A stretch of DNA of 64,000 nucleotides from Squalus acanthias (lineage: Eukaryota), in the NCBI GenBank assembly GCA_030390025.1, contig CM059432.1, positions 12,400,001 to 12,464,000 of the forward strand, given 5' to 3'. A program made the position numbers and the translations under genes. The notes below the pieces were generated by a model. That model was given only the letters and a program-made list of their open reading frames with translations. It had not been told where the DNA came from and did no database searches. Below are positions 1 through 13,204 of the stretch, piece by piece. The first letter of the stretch is position 1. Every line of letters starts with the position of its first letter.

Positions 1-209
1 GAGCAGGAACCCTGCCTGGTGTTTGTCTCCCTCGTCCCAGGACAGCGCCCAACGCCCAATTTGCAGTGACCCATCTTCCTGGCTGACCTCACCTAACTCG
101 GGGATGGATGTTGGGACCTTCCTAACCTGTAGTGCATACCTCCATTTTAACATTTGAATTTTTAAAAAAGCGTCCTCCACGTTTCATGTTATACTCTAGC
201 TTTACAAAT

Positions 210-492
210 ACATAGAATTTACAGCACACAAACAGGCCATTCGGCCCAACGGGTCCGTGCCGGTGTTTATGCTCCACGTGAGCCTCCAGCTACCCTACTT
301 CATCTAGCCCTATCAGCATGTCCTTCTATTCTTTTCTCCCTCATGTGTTTATCTAGTTTTCCCTTCTATGCTATTCGCTTCAACTACTCCTTGTGGTCAC
401 GGGTTCCATATTCTCACCACTTTCTTGATAAAGAAATTTCTCCTAAATTCCCTCCTGGATTTATTAGTGACTATCTTATATTTATGGCCCCA
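210..492 (-). mobile_element. CR1 LINE 3' end fragment
   Basis: Reverse complement carries the CR1 3' tail (gggccgaatggcct...ctatg) seen in many copies in the window. Confidence 0.75.
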
Positions 493-734
493 TAAATATG
501 ATGAGATCCTGATAAGCTGACCAGTGTGTTGTTGTACTTTGTCTTTTTCTGATGAATGAAACATTACTGAGCCCCTGTACCCGTGTCACGGAATGAAGTG
601 CCAGACAAGTAAAATATAGTCATAGATTTATACAGCACAGAAAGAGGCCCTTCGGCCCATCGTGTCCGCGCCAGCCATCGAGCCCCATCTAATCTAAGCC
701 CATTTTCTGGGTATGAATGCAATAATAATAATCT

Positions 735-823
735 CACGGCCGTATAGGTGTGATCACCACGGCCGTATAGGTGTGATCACCACGGCCGTATAGGTGCGAT
801 CACCACGGCCGTATAGGTGTGAT
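735..823. repeat. 23-bp tandem repeat, ~3.9 copies (CACGGCCGTATAGGTGTGATCAC)
   Basis: Units start at 735, 758, 781 and 804, with one substitution. Confidence 0.95.
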
Positions 824-1654
824 AGGACGGCCTTGTGGTTATAGTCTGGTCACAGATGAACTAAATTCCCCGAATTAGACAGAGTTGATGAGGAGTTCAA
901 GAGGCGAGTCAAAATAATCCCATTTCCTGGAGTGGTAACCAAGCTTGTGTACCAGAACAGGCCACTTAAGCCGCGGTCAGTTGGAACAGACTCAGGAAGG
1001 TCCCAAGAAGTGCAAGTCCCGCCACTCAGGCACCCCAATTGGTTGGAGGATCCACCACCGCCTCGGTCCTCCAGCCGTTGCCCGCTCGCTCGGTATTGTT
1101 GGGAAGCTCACGTCAATCACACCGTGGCCCGTGGATCACTTCCCCCCACCCCCCCACGAGAACAACACGCGCTCCATCAAACTGAAGAAGCTCCATGAAG
1201 AAGCCCGGGACCCTCGGGTTTTATTTTCCTTTACTTACCTTCCCCCTCCCAGCACTTCTCTCCCCCTCGCCGTGCTTCCTCCCCTCCCCCTTCTCCCTCC
1301 CCCTTCCCCGCGATTTCAACTGGATCTCATACAATTCACTTTTCACCAGTGTTTTGGACTCAATGGTTATCGACCTTACCCAGAGTCCCCCTGCGCATCA
1401 GAAGCTCATTCTTGGACAGATTGTGTTCCAAATCCATGTGGTGTTCTGGACTACTATTGCTGTAACCCCTCCATAATCACAAAGATCCATCCTTACTCCA
1501 CACGGTTGGTCCCAGATCAGTGAACATTTTTAGTCCTAAAAGTACTGTTGAAGTGACATAAATATAACTTGGACCAGTAGGTGAGAGAAAATAATCCCAT
1601 TTTCAGCCTTTGGCTGTGGCTCAGTGGGTAGCACACTCGCCTCCGAGTCAGAAA

Positions 1655-3947
1655 AACAGAAGAAACAGGAGCAGGAGTCGGCTATTCAGCCCCTGGAGCC
1701 TGCTCCGCCATTCAATAAGATCATGGCTGATCTTCTACCTCATCTCCACTTTCCTGCTCTATCCCCATATCCCTTGATACGCTTAATATCCAAAAATCTA
1801 TCGATCTCTGTCTTGAGTATACTCAACGACTGAGCCTCCACAGCCCTCTGGGGTATAGAATTCCAAAGATTCACGACCCTCTGTGTGAAGAAATTTCTCC
1901 TCATCTCAGTCCTAAATGGCCGACCCCTTATTCTGAGACTGTGACCCCGTGTTCTAGACTCGCCAGCCAGGGGAAACATCCTCCCTGCATCTACCCCGTC
2001 AAGCCCTGTAAGAATTTTGTATGTTTCAATGAGATCACCTCTCATTCTTCTAAACTCTAGAGAATATAGGCTTAGTCTACTCAATCTCTCCTCATAGGAC
2101 ACTCCCTCACCATCCCAGGAACCAGTCTGGTGAACCTTCGTTGCACTCCCTCTATGGCAAGTAGATCCTTCCTTAGGTAAGGAGACCAGAAGTGTACACA
2201 GTACTCCAGGTGTGGTCTCACCAGGGCCCTGTATAATTGCAGTAAGACATCTTTATTCTTATACTCAAATCCTCTTGTAATAAAGGCTAACATACCATTT
2301 GCTTTCCTAATTGCTTGCTGTACCTGCATGTTAACTTTCAGTGATTCGTGTACAAGGACACCCAGGTCCCTCTGAACACCAACATTTATTTCCCAGTCTC
2401 TCACCATTTAAAAAATACTCTGCTTTTCTATTTTTCCTACCAAAGTGGATAACTTCACATTTCTCCACATTATATTCCATTTGCCATGTTCTTGCCCACT
2501 CACTTAGCCTGTCAATATCCCCTTGAAGCCTCCTTGCATCCTCCTCACAAAATATTCTGCTTTTGCATTCTTTCTACCAAAGTGGATAATTTCTCACTTC
2601 CCCACATATGCTCCATCGGCCACCTTCTTGTCCAATCACTTCACCTGTCTATATCCCTTTTGCAGCCTCTTTGTGTTCTCCTCACACTTACTTTCCCACC
2701 TAGCTTTGTATTGTCAGCAAACTTGGATATACAGGAAACTTTCGTTTATCCGGCACCGATGGGACCGGCGTGGTGCCGGTTGATCGAAAGTGCCGGATTA
2801 CAGAGAGGTATACTTACCAAGGTACGAGAGCCCCGTACACGGCCACAGGCTTAACAATTGGGACCCAGAGAGGGAAAGTAAACGAGACTCCGGCTTTTTC
2901 CTCCGTGGCGGCGACAGGTCCGAGTCGGAAGAACGTTGACCCCCCTTTCGTGGGGGCGAAAGGTCAGAATCGGGGTCTTGTCTGTATAATAAAACTTACC
3001 TGATTTTTGCCGGTTAAGCGAGAATTCCGGATATTTGGGTGCCGGATAAACGAAAGTTTCCTGTATTACACTTGGTCCCCTCATCTAAGTCATTGATATA
3101 GATTGTAAATAAATGAGGCCTAAGCACTGATCCTTATGGCACTCCACTAGTTACAGCCTGCCATCCTGAAAATGACCCATTTATTTCTACTCTCTGCTTT
3201 CTGTCCGTTAACCAATCCTCAATCCATGCTAATATATTACCCCCAATCCCATGAGCCATAATTTTGTTTAATAACCTCTTATGTGGCACCTTATCGAATG
3301 CCTTCTGAAAATCCTAATACACCACATCCACTGGTTCCCACTCATCTATTCTGCTAGTTACAACCTCAAAAAACCCTAACAGATTCGTCAAACATGATTT
3401 CCCTTTCATAAATCCGTGTTGACTCTGCCCAATCCTAATATCATTTTCTAAGTGCCCTGTTACCACGTCCTTAATAATAGATTCTAGCATTTTCCCTCCT
3501 ACTGATGTCAGGCTAACTGGTGTTTAGTTCCACGCTTTCTCTCTCCCTCCTTTCTTAAATTGTGGGGTTATATTTGCTACCTTCCAATCCGCACGAACTG
3601 TTCTAGAATCAATGGAATTTTGGAAGATGACAACCAATGCATCCACTATCTCTATAGCCACCTCTTTCAAAACCCTAGGATGTAGGCCATCAGGCCTAGG
3701 GGAGTTATCGGCTTCAGTTCCATTAATTTATCCAGTACTATTTTTTTACTAATACTAATTTCTTTCAGTTCCTCATTCTCGCTAAACCTTTGGTTCTCCA
3801 CTATTTCCGGGAGGTTTTTTGCGCCTTCTTCCATTTCCTTATTCCCCATTATAATTTCTCCTGTCTCAGCCTGTAAGGGACGCACGTTTACTTTCGTTAA
3901 TCTTTTCCTTTTTACGTACCTATAGAAGCTTTTACAGTCTGTTTTTA
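1655..3947 (-). mobile_element. CR1 LINE ORF2 (RT C-terminal half and 3' UTR), probably two joined copies, interrupted by a MITE
   Basis: ORFs 1740-2102 and 2081-2407 contain CR1 motifs (RDLGV, LYRALVRPHLEYC, RRMRGDLIE, FFTQRVVNLWN); segment ~2410-2545 recurs diverged at ~2549-2700. Confidence 0.9.
2732..3063. mobile_element. Tc1/mariner (Tigger/pogo-like) MITE, copy 1
   Basis: Perfect 26-bp TIR CAGGAAACTTTCGTTTATCCGGCACC with TA on both sides; removing it restores continuous CR1 sequence (ttggatata|ttacact). Confidence 0.9.
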
Positions 3948-4322
3948 TGTCAGAAGGTTGTGGGTTCAAGTCCCACTCCAGGGACTTGAGCACATAAATC
4001 TAGGCTGACACTCCAGTGCAGTGCTGAGGGAGTGCTGCACTGTCAGAGGCGCCGTCTTACCGAGGCCCCGTCTGCTCTCTCAGGTGGACGTAAAAGATCC
4101 CATGGCACTATTTCGAAGAAGAGCAGGGGAAGTTATCCCCCGGTGTCCTGGCCAATATTTATCCCTCAATCAACATCACTAAAACAGATGATCTGGTCAT
4201 TATCACGTTGCTATTTGTGGGAGCTTGCTGTGCGCAAATTGGCTGCCGCGTTTCCCACATTACAACAGTGACTACACCGGTGGTTGTGAAAGGCGTTATA
4301 TAAATGCAAGTCTTTCTTTTTT
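3948..4322 (+). mobile_element. tRNA-derived SINE (SacSINE1/Deu-like), 5'-truncated
   Basis: B-box gggttcaagtcccac, central body matching the 47240 copy, L2-like tail aaggcgttatataaatgcaag. Confidence 0.85.
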
Positions 4323-4595
4323 TGGAAACATGCAACACATCAGACCTTATATCTTCTCAATATCATCCAATGATATAGAGATAGTCTCCAAATGTCATCA
4401 CTCCCATCACAAACCCATAATCCACCTTTCTGGTCAGCTCCTATAAATCTTGCAATCTCAGTTTTGCAACTTTCAATGGATCTTGCTTCAACAGCTTTTT
4501 GGAGGAGTTCCAGATTTACATTTTCTTTTGTGTACAGATCTGCTCCTATAAATGAAATGAATGAATGAACAACCACAGCATCCCAACTCAAACAG

Positions 4596-5005
4596 ATAAA
4601 CTTTGACACCGAGCCACATCAGGAGATATTGGGGAAGATGACCAAAAGTTTGGTCAAACAGGAGGGTTTCAAAAGGAGGCGAGAGAGGCGGAGAGGTTTA
4701 GGGAGGGAGTTCCAGATTTTGGGGCCTGGGCTGCTGAAGGCACGGCCGCCGATGGTGGAACCATCAAAATCGGGGATGCGCAAGAGACCAGAATTGGAGG
4801 AGCGCGGAGATCTCGGAGAGCTGGAGGAGGTTACAGAGATAGGGAGGGACGAGGCCACGGAGGGATTTGCACGCAAGGATGAGAATTTTAAATTTGAGGC
4901 ATTGCTAGACCGGGGAGCCAATGTAGATCGGCGAGCACAGGGGTGATGGGTGAGCGGGACTTGTTGCGGGTTCGGATCAGCTGAAGTTTAGGGAGGGTGG
5001 AAGAT
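4596..5005 (-). mobile_element. L2 LINE 3' fragment
   Basis: Reverse strand encodes STIGGRAFSSPGPKIWNSLP, typical of the L2 ORF2 C-terminus. Confidence 0.8.
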
Positions 5006-6104
5006 GCTCAATAGACATGGCTGGAGACAGGAAGGTCGAATATAAGTCAGCCCAACTTTAACCATGCAAACAGTTGGGCTCAAATACTCCATATAAAGAT
5101 GTATATTTGGTAACACAGTCCTGATACGAGGCTTAAAAAAATGGATCCAAACTTGCTCTTACAATTTAGAACCCTTCTCTCGGTTACTTCATGCCCACTC
5201 CAAGTGAAAATGTTTAAAAAGTCTCAATGTGATCATATAAACTGCTCACCAAGAAATCAACATTTTATTTGAAGAGTTGTTTTGTTAATACCAGTAGTCT
5301 GTCCACTGCCTTTCAAAACACACCTATCGAAATCGAGAGTAATGCTATTTATAAACGCTGGCTCGTTAAGTTTTTTTCTGATTTTTTTTCTAGCAGACGC
5401 AAACAGGAGAAATCTTTGGGGGTGGGGGGGGGGGGGGACGGTTCACTTCAGAAACGCACACACATGGGAACAGAGCAGCCAAGTCTGCGTGTTTGCTGAC
5501 AACGACTTTTTTTTGTTTTCCTCGACTCCTGCAGTGCAAATTTAGCTCGAACAAGCCAAACAGAAAAAACACAAGCAAGAAACAGGCCCCCGGCTGTAAA
5601 GACCCACGAGGCCCCCCCTTCCACAGCAGAGTGCACACCTGAAACTTCTGGCTTCTAAGAAGCGCCCCATGAAATGAGGTCAAAGATGTGGTTTACAAGG
5701 CTTGGACCGCACATGCTTTTAAACAACTGGCAGCCTCAGTATTTCTTAGCCGGAAGCGTTCTACGTTAAAGCGCCTTGGGATGTTTTACTACTTTAAAGG
5801 CGCAAGTCGCTGTCGTGAACAGCAATTGGTTAAGAACCAAGGAGGTACAATTTGACTTCATCCAATTTTCATCTCTATTAGACCAAAACAGAAAAAAACT
5901 AGCACATTGTACTCAGGGCTGCATCAGTTTCTCAACACGTCTCATTGGCAGCAGGTAAAGTAAGTGTTTATTAACCTATCGATAGACCTTTTTTGGATTA
6001 CGGTACACCAGACAACCTCAGCTGCCTGTGCAGACACCATAAACTGACAGAACGCTTTCAAACACTCCAATGACCTGTGCAAACACAGACTGTTTTATGT
6101 AATT

Positions 6105-6600
6105 AACAACAACTGCATTTATATAGCACCTTTAACGAGGTAAAACATCCCAAGGCGCTTCACAGGAGTGTTATAAAACAGAATTGGACACCGAGGCCAC
6201 ACAAGGAGATATCAGGACAGGTGACCAAAAGCTTGGTCAAAGAGGTAGGTTTTAAGGAGCGTCTTAAAGGAGGAGAGAGAGGCGGAGAGGTTCAGGGAGG
6301 GAATTCCAGAGCTTTGGGCCTCGGCAGCCGAAGGCACGGCCGCCAATAGTGGAGCGATTAAAATCGGGGATGCGCAAGAGGCCAGAATTGGAGGAGCGCG
6401 GAGATCTCAGAGGCTACAGAGATAGGGTGGGGCGAAGCCATGGAGGGATTTGAAAACAAGGACGATAATTTTAAAATAGAGGCTCAACCAGGAGCCAATG
6501 TAGGTCAGCGAGCACAGGGGTGAACGGGACTTGGTGCGAGTTAGGATACGGGCAGCAGAGTTTTGGATGACCTCAAGATTATGGAGGGTGGTAGACGGAA
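6105..6600 (-). mobile_element. L2 LINE 3' end
   Basis: IQNSAARILTRTK motif; tail aaggtgctatataaatgcagttgttg on the minus strand. Confidence 0.85.
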
Positions 6601-6610
6601 GAAATCCTAA

Positions 6611-7024
6611 TCTGGATTTGTTTTCATTAGAGCAAAGGAGGTCGAGGGGTGATTTGATAGAGGTGTACAAGATTATGATGGGTTTGGATAGGCTAGACGG
6701 GGAAAGGCTGTTCCCACTAGTTGATGGTACAAGGACTAGGGGACACAGATTTAAGGTTTTGGGCAAGAGATACAGGGGGGATGTGTGGAAAAACATTTTT
6801 ACGCAGCGAGTGGTGATGACCTGGAACTCGCTGCCGACGGAAGTGGTGGAAGCGGAGACATTCAATGTTTTCAAGGGGAGACTGGATAGGCACTTGAGGG
6901 AAATAAACTTGCAGGGCTATGGGGAGAGAATGGGGGAATGGGACTGACTGGATTGCTCTACAGAGAGCTGGCACGGACTCGATGGGCCGAATGGCCTCCT
7001 TCTGTGCCGTTATGACTCTATGAC
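6611..7024 (+). mobile_element. CR1 LINE 3' end
   Basis: LFSLEQRRSRGDLIEVYK...WNSLP; near-identical to 53828-54240. Confidence 0.9.
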
Positions 7025-7865
7025 TAATCGTCCCATTAGGACAAACACCAAGCTAGGAAACTTTTGATGGGTGGGGGAGAACAAAGGTGGGAATTTATTT
7101 TAGTTCCTGTTTCTCCCCACAGCATTCACCAGTTGAAAGCACAGGGAGACAGACAATCTACCTTTCCCAAATGTCAATCCGTATCCTGTTTGGAGAAGTG
7201 GAAGAGCAAGTCTGCACCTTACAGCACATCGCACTGGTGTGTTAACCCACTGAACAACACACTGATCAAATTTTAAGTTTTTAATTATAACTTTCCTCAG
7301 GGTCTGTGCAGTCCATGAAGTATCACCAAGTAGGTAAAAAGGTTAAGACAGGTTACTGTGATGTAGGTATATGGTGTGATGTAGCTATTGGTACATTTAC
7401 ACACCAGCTGTGCTTTTCTGGCAGTGCATTACAAGGAATAGTAGACATTATATCCTACATAATATATAGCAATACAGAGTAGTTTATGCAACAACAAACC
7501 ATTGCCAGAGATTTTTAAAAAATCTTAAGTTTGCATCAACAGAATTGCTCAATTGAATTACAGCCTTGGAGCTCACAGCCAGCTATCTATTAAATATATT
7601 TATTTGCTGCGTAGCATGTTTATGATCACACTTACCTCAGAGAAGCATACTAGCCATTCGTGAAAAGGCACTTGCAAAACAAATCTGTGCCATAAATTAT
7701 AAAGTTCATAATTTATACAAATAAATAAGTCAGCACGGGACTCTGCCAGTAATCAGCAACAGGAGTCTACAGTCAAATTCAATGAGTAGAATTAGCAAAC
7801 CTTTGCTCTAGTTTAATTTAGTAGCCCAACTATTGTTTAAATTAACATTTAATACTAGAATTTAA

Positions 7866-8040
7866 TATCTGGTCATTATCACATTGCTGTTTGTGGGATC
7901 TTGCTGTGCCCAAATTGGCTGCCGTGTTTCCTACATTACAACAGTGACTACACATCAAAAGTACTTCATTGGCCGCAAAGCGCTTTGGGACGTCCTGAGG
8001 TCGTGAAAGGAGCTATATAAATGCAAGTCTGTCTTTTTTT
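7866..8040 (+). mobile_element. SacSINE1-like SINE 3' half
   Basis: Matches the 3' body and tail of the 47240 copy. Confidence 0.8.
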
Positions 8041-9374
8041 TAAAGAATAAAACACTAGGTTCAATCCAATGTTTGTTTGTTCCTTGTTATTTTCCCCTCC
8101 AGAGAAAGTATTTTTCTCGCAAAACATTAATGTCTGGAAGAGCACGGTGTTATAACTAGACTGTTCTAGTTGACACTTGGGGGGGAAAAGCACTCGCTCC
8201 CTATCCATTTACAGATTTTATCAAAACATGGAAATTCCCTCACCAGTCAATTAGCACCTGCTTCATTAGCACAGATTCATTCCTTTGGGATAAGGTAATA
8301 GTATGGTATGGATGATACCAAGAGAATATTAAAAAAAAATCCTGGCAAGCACTCTGGTAAAAATGATAATCAGAAAACTGGTCTGCTCGCTAAAAGAAAA
8401 TTATAGACAAAAGCAGCATGTTAATAATTGAAAACTGGCAAAACTACGGGTAAAAGCCAATTGCAATACTTTGGCAGGCTGGTTTCCGGACTTGGGTTAT
8501 TCTGTCCAGCTGTAACTACAGACTTGTTTTACACTAGCTGCCCGCCTCTCCCACCCCTTAAAGAGGATTCCACCTATATCTCTTAAAGCACTGACTCATG
8601 CTGGGGTATCGGATCTCGCTCAAGTGGCCATTTTTCTTGCGCGAGTCCAGGTGGTGAGTATCAGGAAGGCTATTTATTAGTGGAGGTGAGTGCAGCCAAG
8701 CCTGATCCTGGCCACACATGGGTAGTTTCTGGGAGTCGTCGTCGTCACCGGAGAGCGATCAAGAGTGGCAGTCTGACTCCTTCCTCGGGCTATGGTTCCA
8801 CAAGTGCTTGGCACTTTCCATTGACTTCGACAAAGTGTCTATTCTTTGTGCATAGTATTTAATTACAGGGGCTGGGGGGGGGACATGAAAGGCTGTACCA
8901 ATTCTGTCTTCGCCCGACTTCCTTATACACACACACCCAGCAGCGACTGCTGGATGGCCATCAGGAGCTGGAACCTGGGCCAATTTCTCCCCTCCCATAC
9001 AAATCGAAGTGACCCTACTGCTAAGGAAGGACTCTTGGCTGAGATCAACCAACTCAGTACAGACCAGGCGTCAAATTTGGTTCATTCTGATCAGCAAGGT
9101 TCAGCTGCTCACTGCCTTAGCCAGCTGCATCAGTGGGGGAGCCACGAGTGGCTATATAGTTGACCATCTCCCTTGAAGCCAATTGTAGTATCCCAGGCTA
9201 CCTCAGTTGAGATAAGCAAACTGAGCAAAGATCAGGGATGGAACCCTTGCACTCTCCTGGTCTGTATAACAACAGTTGCACACCGTGCAGTACATTTAAC
9301 AACTTTCAATTAAATAGGTTAGGGGAGTACCAAGGGGTCACAAATTTAAGTTGTGTAAGGCCAGATCGAGGTTA

Positions 9375-10420
9375 GATGTCAGGAGGTGGTTCTCCTCCCA
9401 GAGAATAGTGGACCTCTGGAACAGGCTGCCGTCTGGTGCGGTGCTAGTTCGCTGAATTCCTTCAAGCGAGAGCTGGGGCGGAGATCACCTCTTACAGAAG
9501 GAAGGTACTGCAGGGAATTCAGGGCCAGAGTGATACATAGAAACATAGAAACATAGAATCTAGGAGCAGGAGTAGGCCATTCGGCCCGTCGAGCCTGCTC
9601 CGCCATTCAATACGATCATGGCTGATCATCCAAATCCAGTACCCTGTCCCTGCTTTAATCCCCACAGTACACATATCCCACCCTACCCCCGTAACCCCAC
9701 GTATTTAATTCCCCCTAACATATCCCATCCTATCCCCATAACCCCACATATTTAATCCCCCCTAACACTAAGGGTCAATTTATCATAGCCAAATCAACCT
9801 AACCCACACATTTTTGGACTGTGGGAGGAAACCGGAGCACCCGGAGGAAACCCACGCAGACACGGGGAGAATATGCAAACTCCACACAGACAGTCACCCG
9901 AGGTCAGATTCGAACCCGAGTCTCTGGCGCTGTGAGGCACCAGTGCTAACCACTATGCCACCGTGATCTCCTGGACTAGTTTCGATCGCCTAGATGGGTC
10001 GGAGAGGAATTTCCCAGATTTTTTCCCCCCAGTTGGCCTGGGTTGTTATTTTTTTAACCTGGTTTTTCGCCTCTCCCAGTAGATCACCTGGTTTCGGGTG
10101 GGGTGGAGAGTGTATATTGTGAGGCACAAAGTATAAAATACATGTGAGTGGATTCCTGTAAATAGCCTGAAAACCCTCTTGTTTATAAGATACTGTTATA
10201 GACCGGCAGACGGTTTCGTCACGTATCCTAGTACAACTACAAGGGTAATTTGAAGGGTACGTATTGTCCTGTAGCTCTGGTTTACAAACCCGAAAGTCAT
10301 AAATACTAGGGAGATGAACTCTGGCATGAATGCACACCTAGGATTCGCAAATGTGTGGGACAGGCTCGCTGGACCAGAGGGTCTTCACCTGTCCGTCATT
10401 GTTCGTATGTCCGTATGTAA
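9375..10420 (+). mobile_element. CR1-like LINE 3' region split by a V-SINE and a ~210-bp insert
   Basis: Degenerate RIVDLWNRLP motif at ~9405; tail gttcgtatgtccgtatgt at ~10400. Confidence 0.55.
9536..9965 (-). mobile_element. V-SINE (HE1-like), full length
   Basis: Minus strand: tRNA head (cacggtggcatagtggttagcac...gggttcgaatc), V-domain (gtgtggagtttgcatattctccccgtgtctgcgtgggtttcctccgggtgctccggtttcctcccaca), CR1-derived tail ending (TTCTATGT)n. Confidence 0.9.
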
Positions 10421-12146
10421 CCATTGGGGGAACATAAACACTTATAACTACAACCAACGAAAAATAAAAACATATTTCTCCAGAACACGATGGTATTTGG
10501 GACTCCAAGTTCAAATAACCAAACTTACTGCATGAATCCCAGCACAGAGTCTCCAGTTAGAGATACAGCGGGCAGGGTTGACAAGATACAGGCACAAAGG
10601 GCAGCAGCCAATTGTTAAATTGTATTTATTTCCAGCTCACGATTTGTATGCATGATTGCTACAGATTTTAACTTGGGTCAACGACATTTTTGCCACTTTA
10701 GAATGATATAAATCATCCGGATATTAGCGACCTACTGTAAATGGGGGGGGGGGGGGCGGCAGAAGCAAAACAACATTGGCAGGACAAACTTCTCCGAAAC
10801 AAGATTCTTGACTCACCTATTCTCATCTAGGGTGGCAGGAGGCTTGTGTGGAGCACAGACCAGTTGGGCCGAATAGCCTGTTTCTGTGCTGTAAATTCTA
10901 TGTAACGCTCCCGCTGGTCACCGTGTGAGGCCCTGGACAGGAATGCGTACAGCTTTGCGAGAACGGTCACTTTTAGTAGAAATGCCTGGCCTGCCCCATC
11001 ACTCCCTGCAGCCCGTGAAACTTTCCACAATTGTAATAATAACAGATGATGATTTTAAAATATCTTGATCAAAAACGTTATGTTATTTTTGAAAAATATA
11101 ATGGCAAGTTTAAAAAAAAAATATACACCTGAAAGAGCAAACTTCTGTTTAAAGAAAGCGTTACCCTCCTCCTCTCACTTTCTTCAGGCTTGTTACAGCG
11201 CATACCCTGAGAGAGGGGGAAAGGCAGGTTTGAGCTGTTCCCAGGCGGCTGAGAAATGGACTAAAGTCACCAAAGGCGACCCCTCCTTCGCCCTCTTCTC
11301 AGTGTGTAAGCCCTTGGCTTCTGCTCAACACCTATCCATGACAGCATGATTAAGATCAGAAACTCAACAGAGTGGAGGACCATAAACACAAACACCAGCT
11401 CGATTACACTCCATACCACGGAGCAATGTTGCCGCGACACGTCAAAAAAACATCGGAAAGCCAGCGCTAGGCAAAAAATCGAAAGCCCATTTATAACCGG
11501 GTTCCTTTAATGGTTTTGGTGGTCATAGCAACCTATTTTTTATTTTTGAGGTTAGTCATTACATCTGTCCAAATGACAGCTTCGGCAGCAAAAGTGGGAC
11601 CTGAAGGTACGAGACAACTTTAAACTGTTGCTTTGGCTACTCAGTTATTAATGCGCTTAAAAGTTTTAGACTTGGCTGACCGACCGTCTGCTCAAGTGAT
11701 CAAACGGCAAGCTGCAGAGCACTGTTACATTACACAAAATAATGGATCCATTTTGTAGTTTTTTTGCAGTTCCTCTTTTATGATTTGATTGGCATATCCC
11801 TACCGGCTTGCAAATGGAGTCTGAGCTGGAAGATTGACAGAGAAGTCCAAAGTCAAACAAGTCCTGTTACAAGAGCATGCAGAGTCAGTTACGGCTATTT
11901 AGTCGCAGTTTTTAAGATCTTCACATCATTTTATACATTTTGAAACCCCTGGAAGTGATACTGCCTCATTCGTACGCCCGCCTCTCATTGAGATCATCAC
12001 TAACCTCTGCTCCCAACAGTGTTCAATAGCCAAATGATGCAAGTGAATTAGTAATTCCTCCAAAAATGCTGAGTCAACCTATTGTTAGTACCGGCACTCA
12101 TTTGAGTTTCACCTTATGGAATATTGATTACTTAGAATCCCCAAAA

Positions 12147-12522
12147 GGCTGACACTCCCAGTGCAGCGCTGAGGGAGTGCTGCATTGTCGGAGGTGCCGT
12201 CTTTCGGATGAGACGTTAAACCGAGGCCCCGCCTGCTCTCTCAGGTGGACGTAAAAGATCCCATGGCACTATTCCGAAGAAGAGCAGGGAGTTCTCCCCG
12301 GTGTCCTGGCCAATATTTATCCTTCAATCAACATCACAAAAACAGATGATCTGGTCATTGTCACATTGCTGTTTGTGGGAGCTTGCTGTGCGCAAATTGG
12401 GTGCCGCGTTTCCTCCATTACAACAGTGACTACACTTCAAAAAGTACTTCATTGGCTGTAAAGCGCTTTGGGGACGTCCTGAGGTCGTGAAAGGCGCTAT
12501 ATAAATGCAAGTCTTTCTTTTC
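12147..12522 (+). mobile_element. SacSINE1-like SINE, 5'-truncated
   Basis: Body and L2-type tail match other copies. Confidence 0.85.
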
Positions 12523-12972
12523 TGTATTTCAGCACTCCAGCAGCTGTTTGTAATGAGCACTGCTCCTTTGCAAATAAAGTTTGGACTGGACTGTTAACTT
12601 CAGATTTTGTTCAGCCAACAAAAGCACAGGTGTGTAAAATGCTGCCTTGAAGATTATCTGACGCACAGTGAATTATTAATGCAGCTATGTGCAGTGGCAT
12701 TAATCATTCTGATATACCCAGAATCGTCCACAAGCACCTATTGTCTTGGAACATGCAGCAATATTCAAGTGTTCTGCTGCCCAGTACTTGCTCGAGTGCA
12801 AAACATTCATTCTACGAGCACAAAGTGCATGGGCACCAGGGTTTTAAATCATCCACATCAGACAAAGGCCCTGGTTGAGCACCTTGGGCATGAATCCTGA
12901 ACCCACATTTTTATCTCCTGTTTTAATTAGGCTGTTTTCTTTGGAAGGCTTTTCAGGATGATAGCCTAGTGC

Positions 12973-13092
12973 CAATGTTCCCTTTAAATTTTTTTTTTTA
13001 ATATCGCGCGAGTGCGGTTTTTTCCTATTTAAAAGCCGGTGAGCCGGCTGCACGGGAGCTGCAGAACGCTGCGCGGTTTAAAGGGAACACTG
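12973..13092. mobile_element. Short MITE, probably hAT-derived
   Basis: 16-bp TIR CAATGTTCCCTTTAAA / TTTAAAGGGAACACTG (1 mismatch); related element at ~24200-24280; TSD not clear. Confidence 0.6.
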
Positions 13093-13204
13093 ACCATCGC
13101 CCTTTCAAACTGGCTGCTCGTAGTTTATAGGCAATCTTTAATTCTGAAGACAAAATAAATGACTCTGGGCTGGGAAAATTGCATAATACCTTAATCACTA
13201 TCAA

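Noticed and set aside
735..823. CRISPR-like array
   Set aside because: Units are directly adjacent with no spacers, the context is eukaryotic, and there are no cas genes
1182..1205. CTGAAGA as a hammerhead core
   Set aside because: No properly placed stem II plus GAAA
945..1523. 192-aa ORF as a gene
   Set aside because: Non-ATG start, low-complexity Pro-rich middle, no recognisable domain
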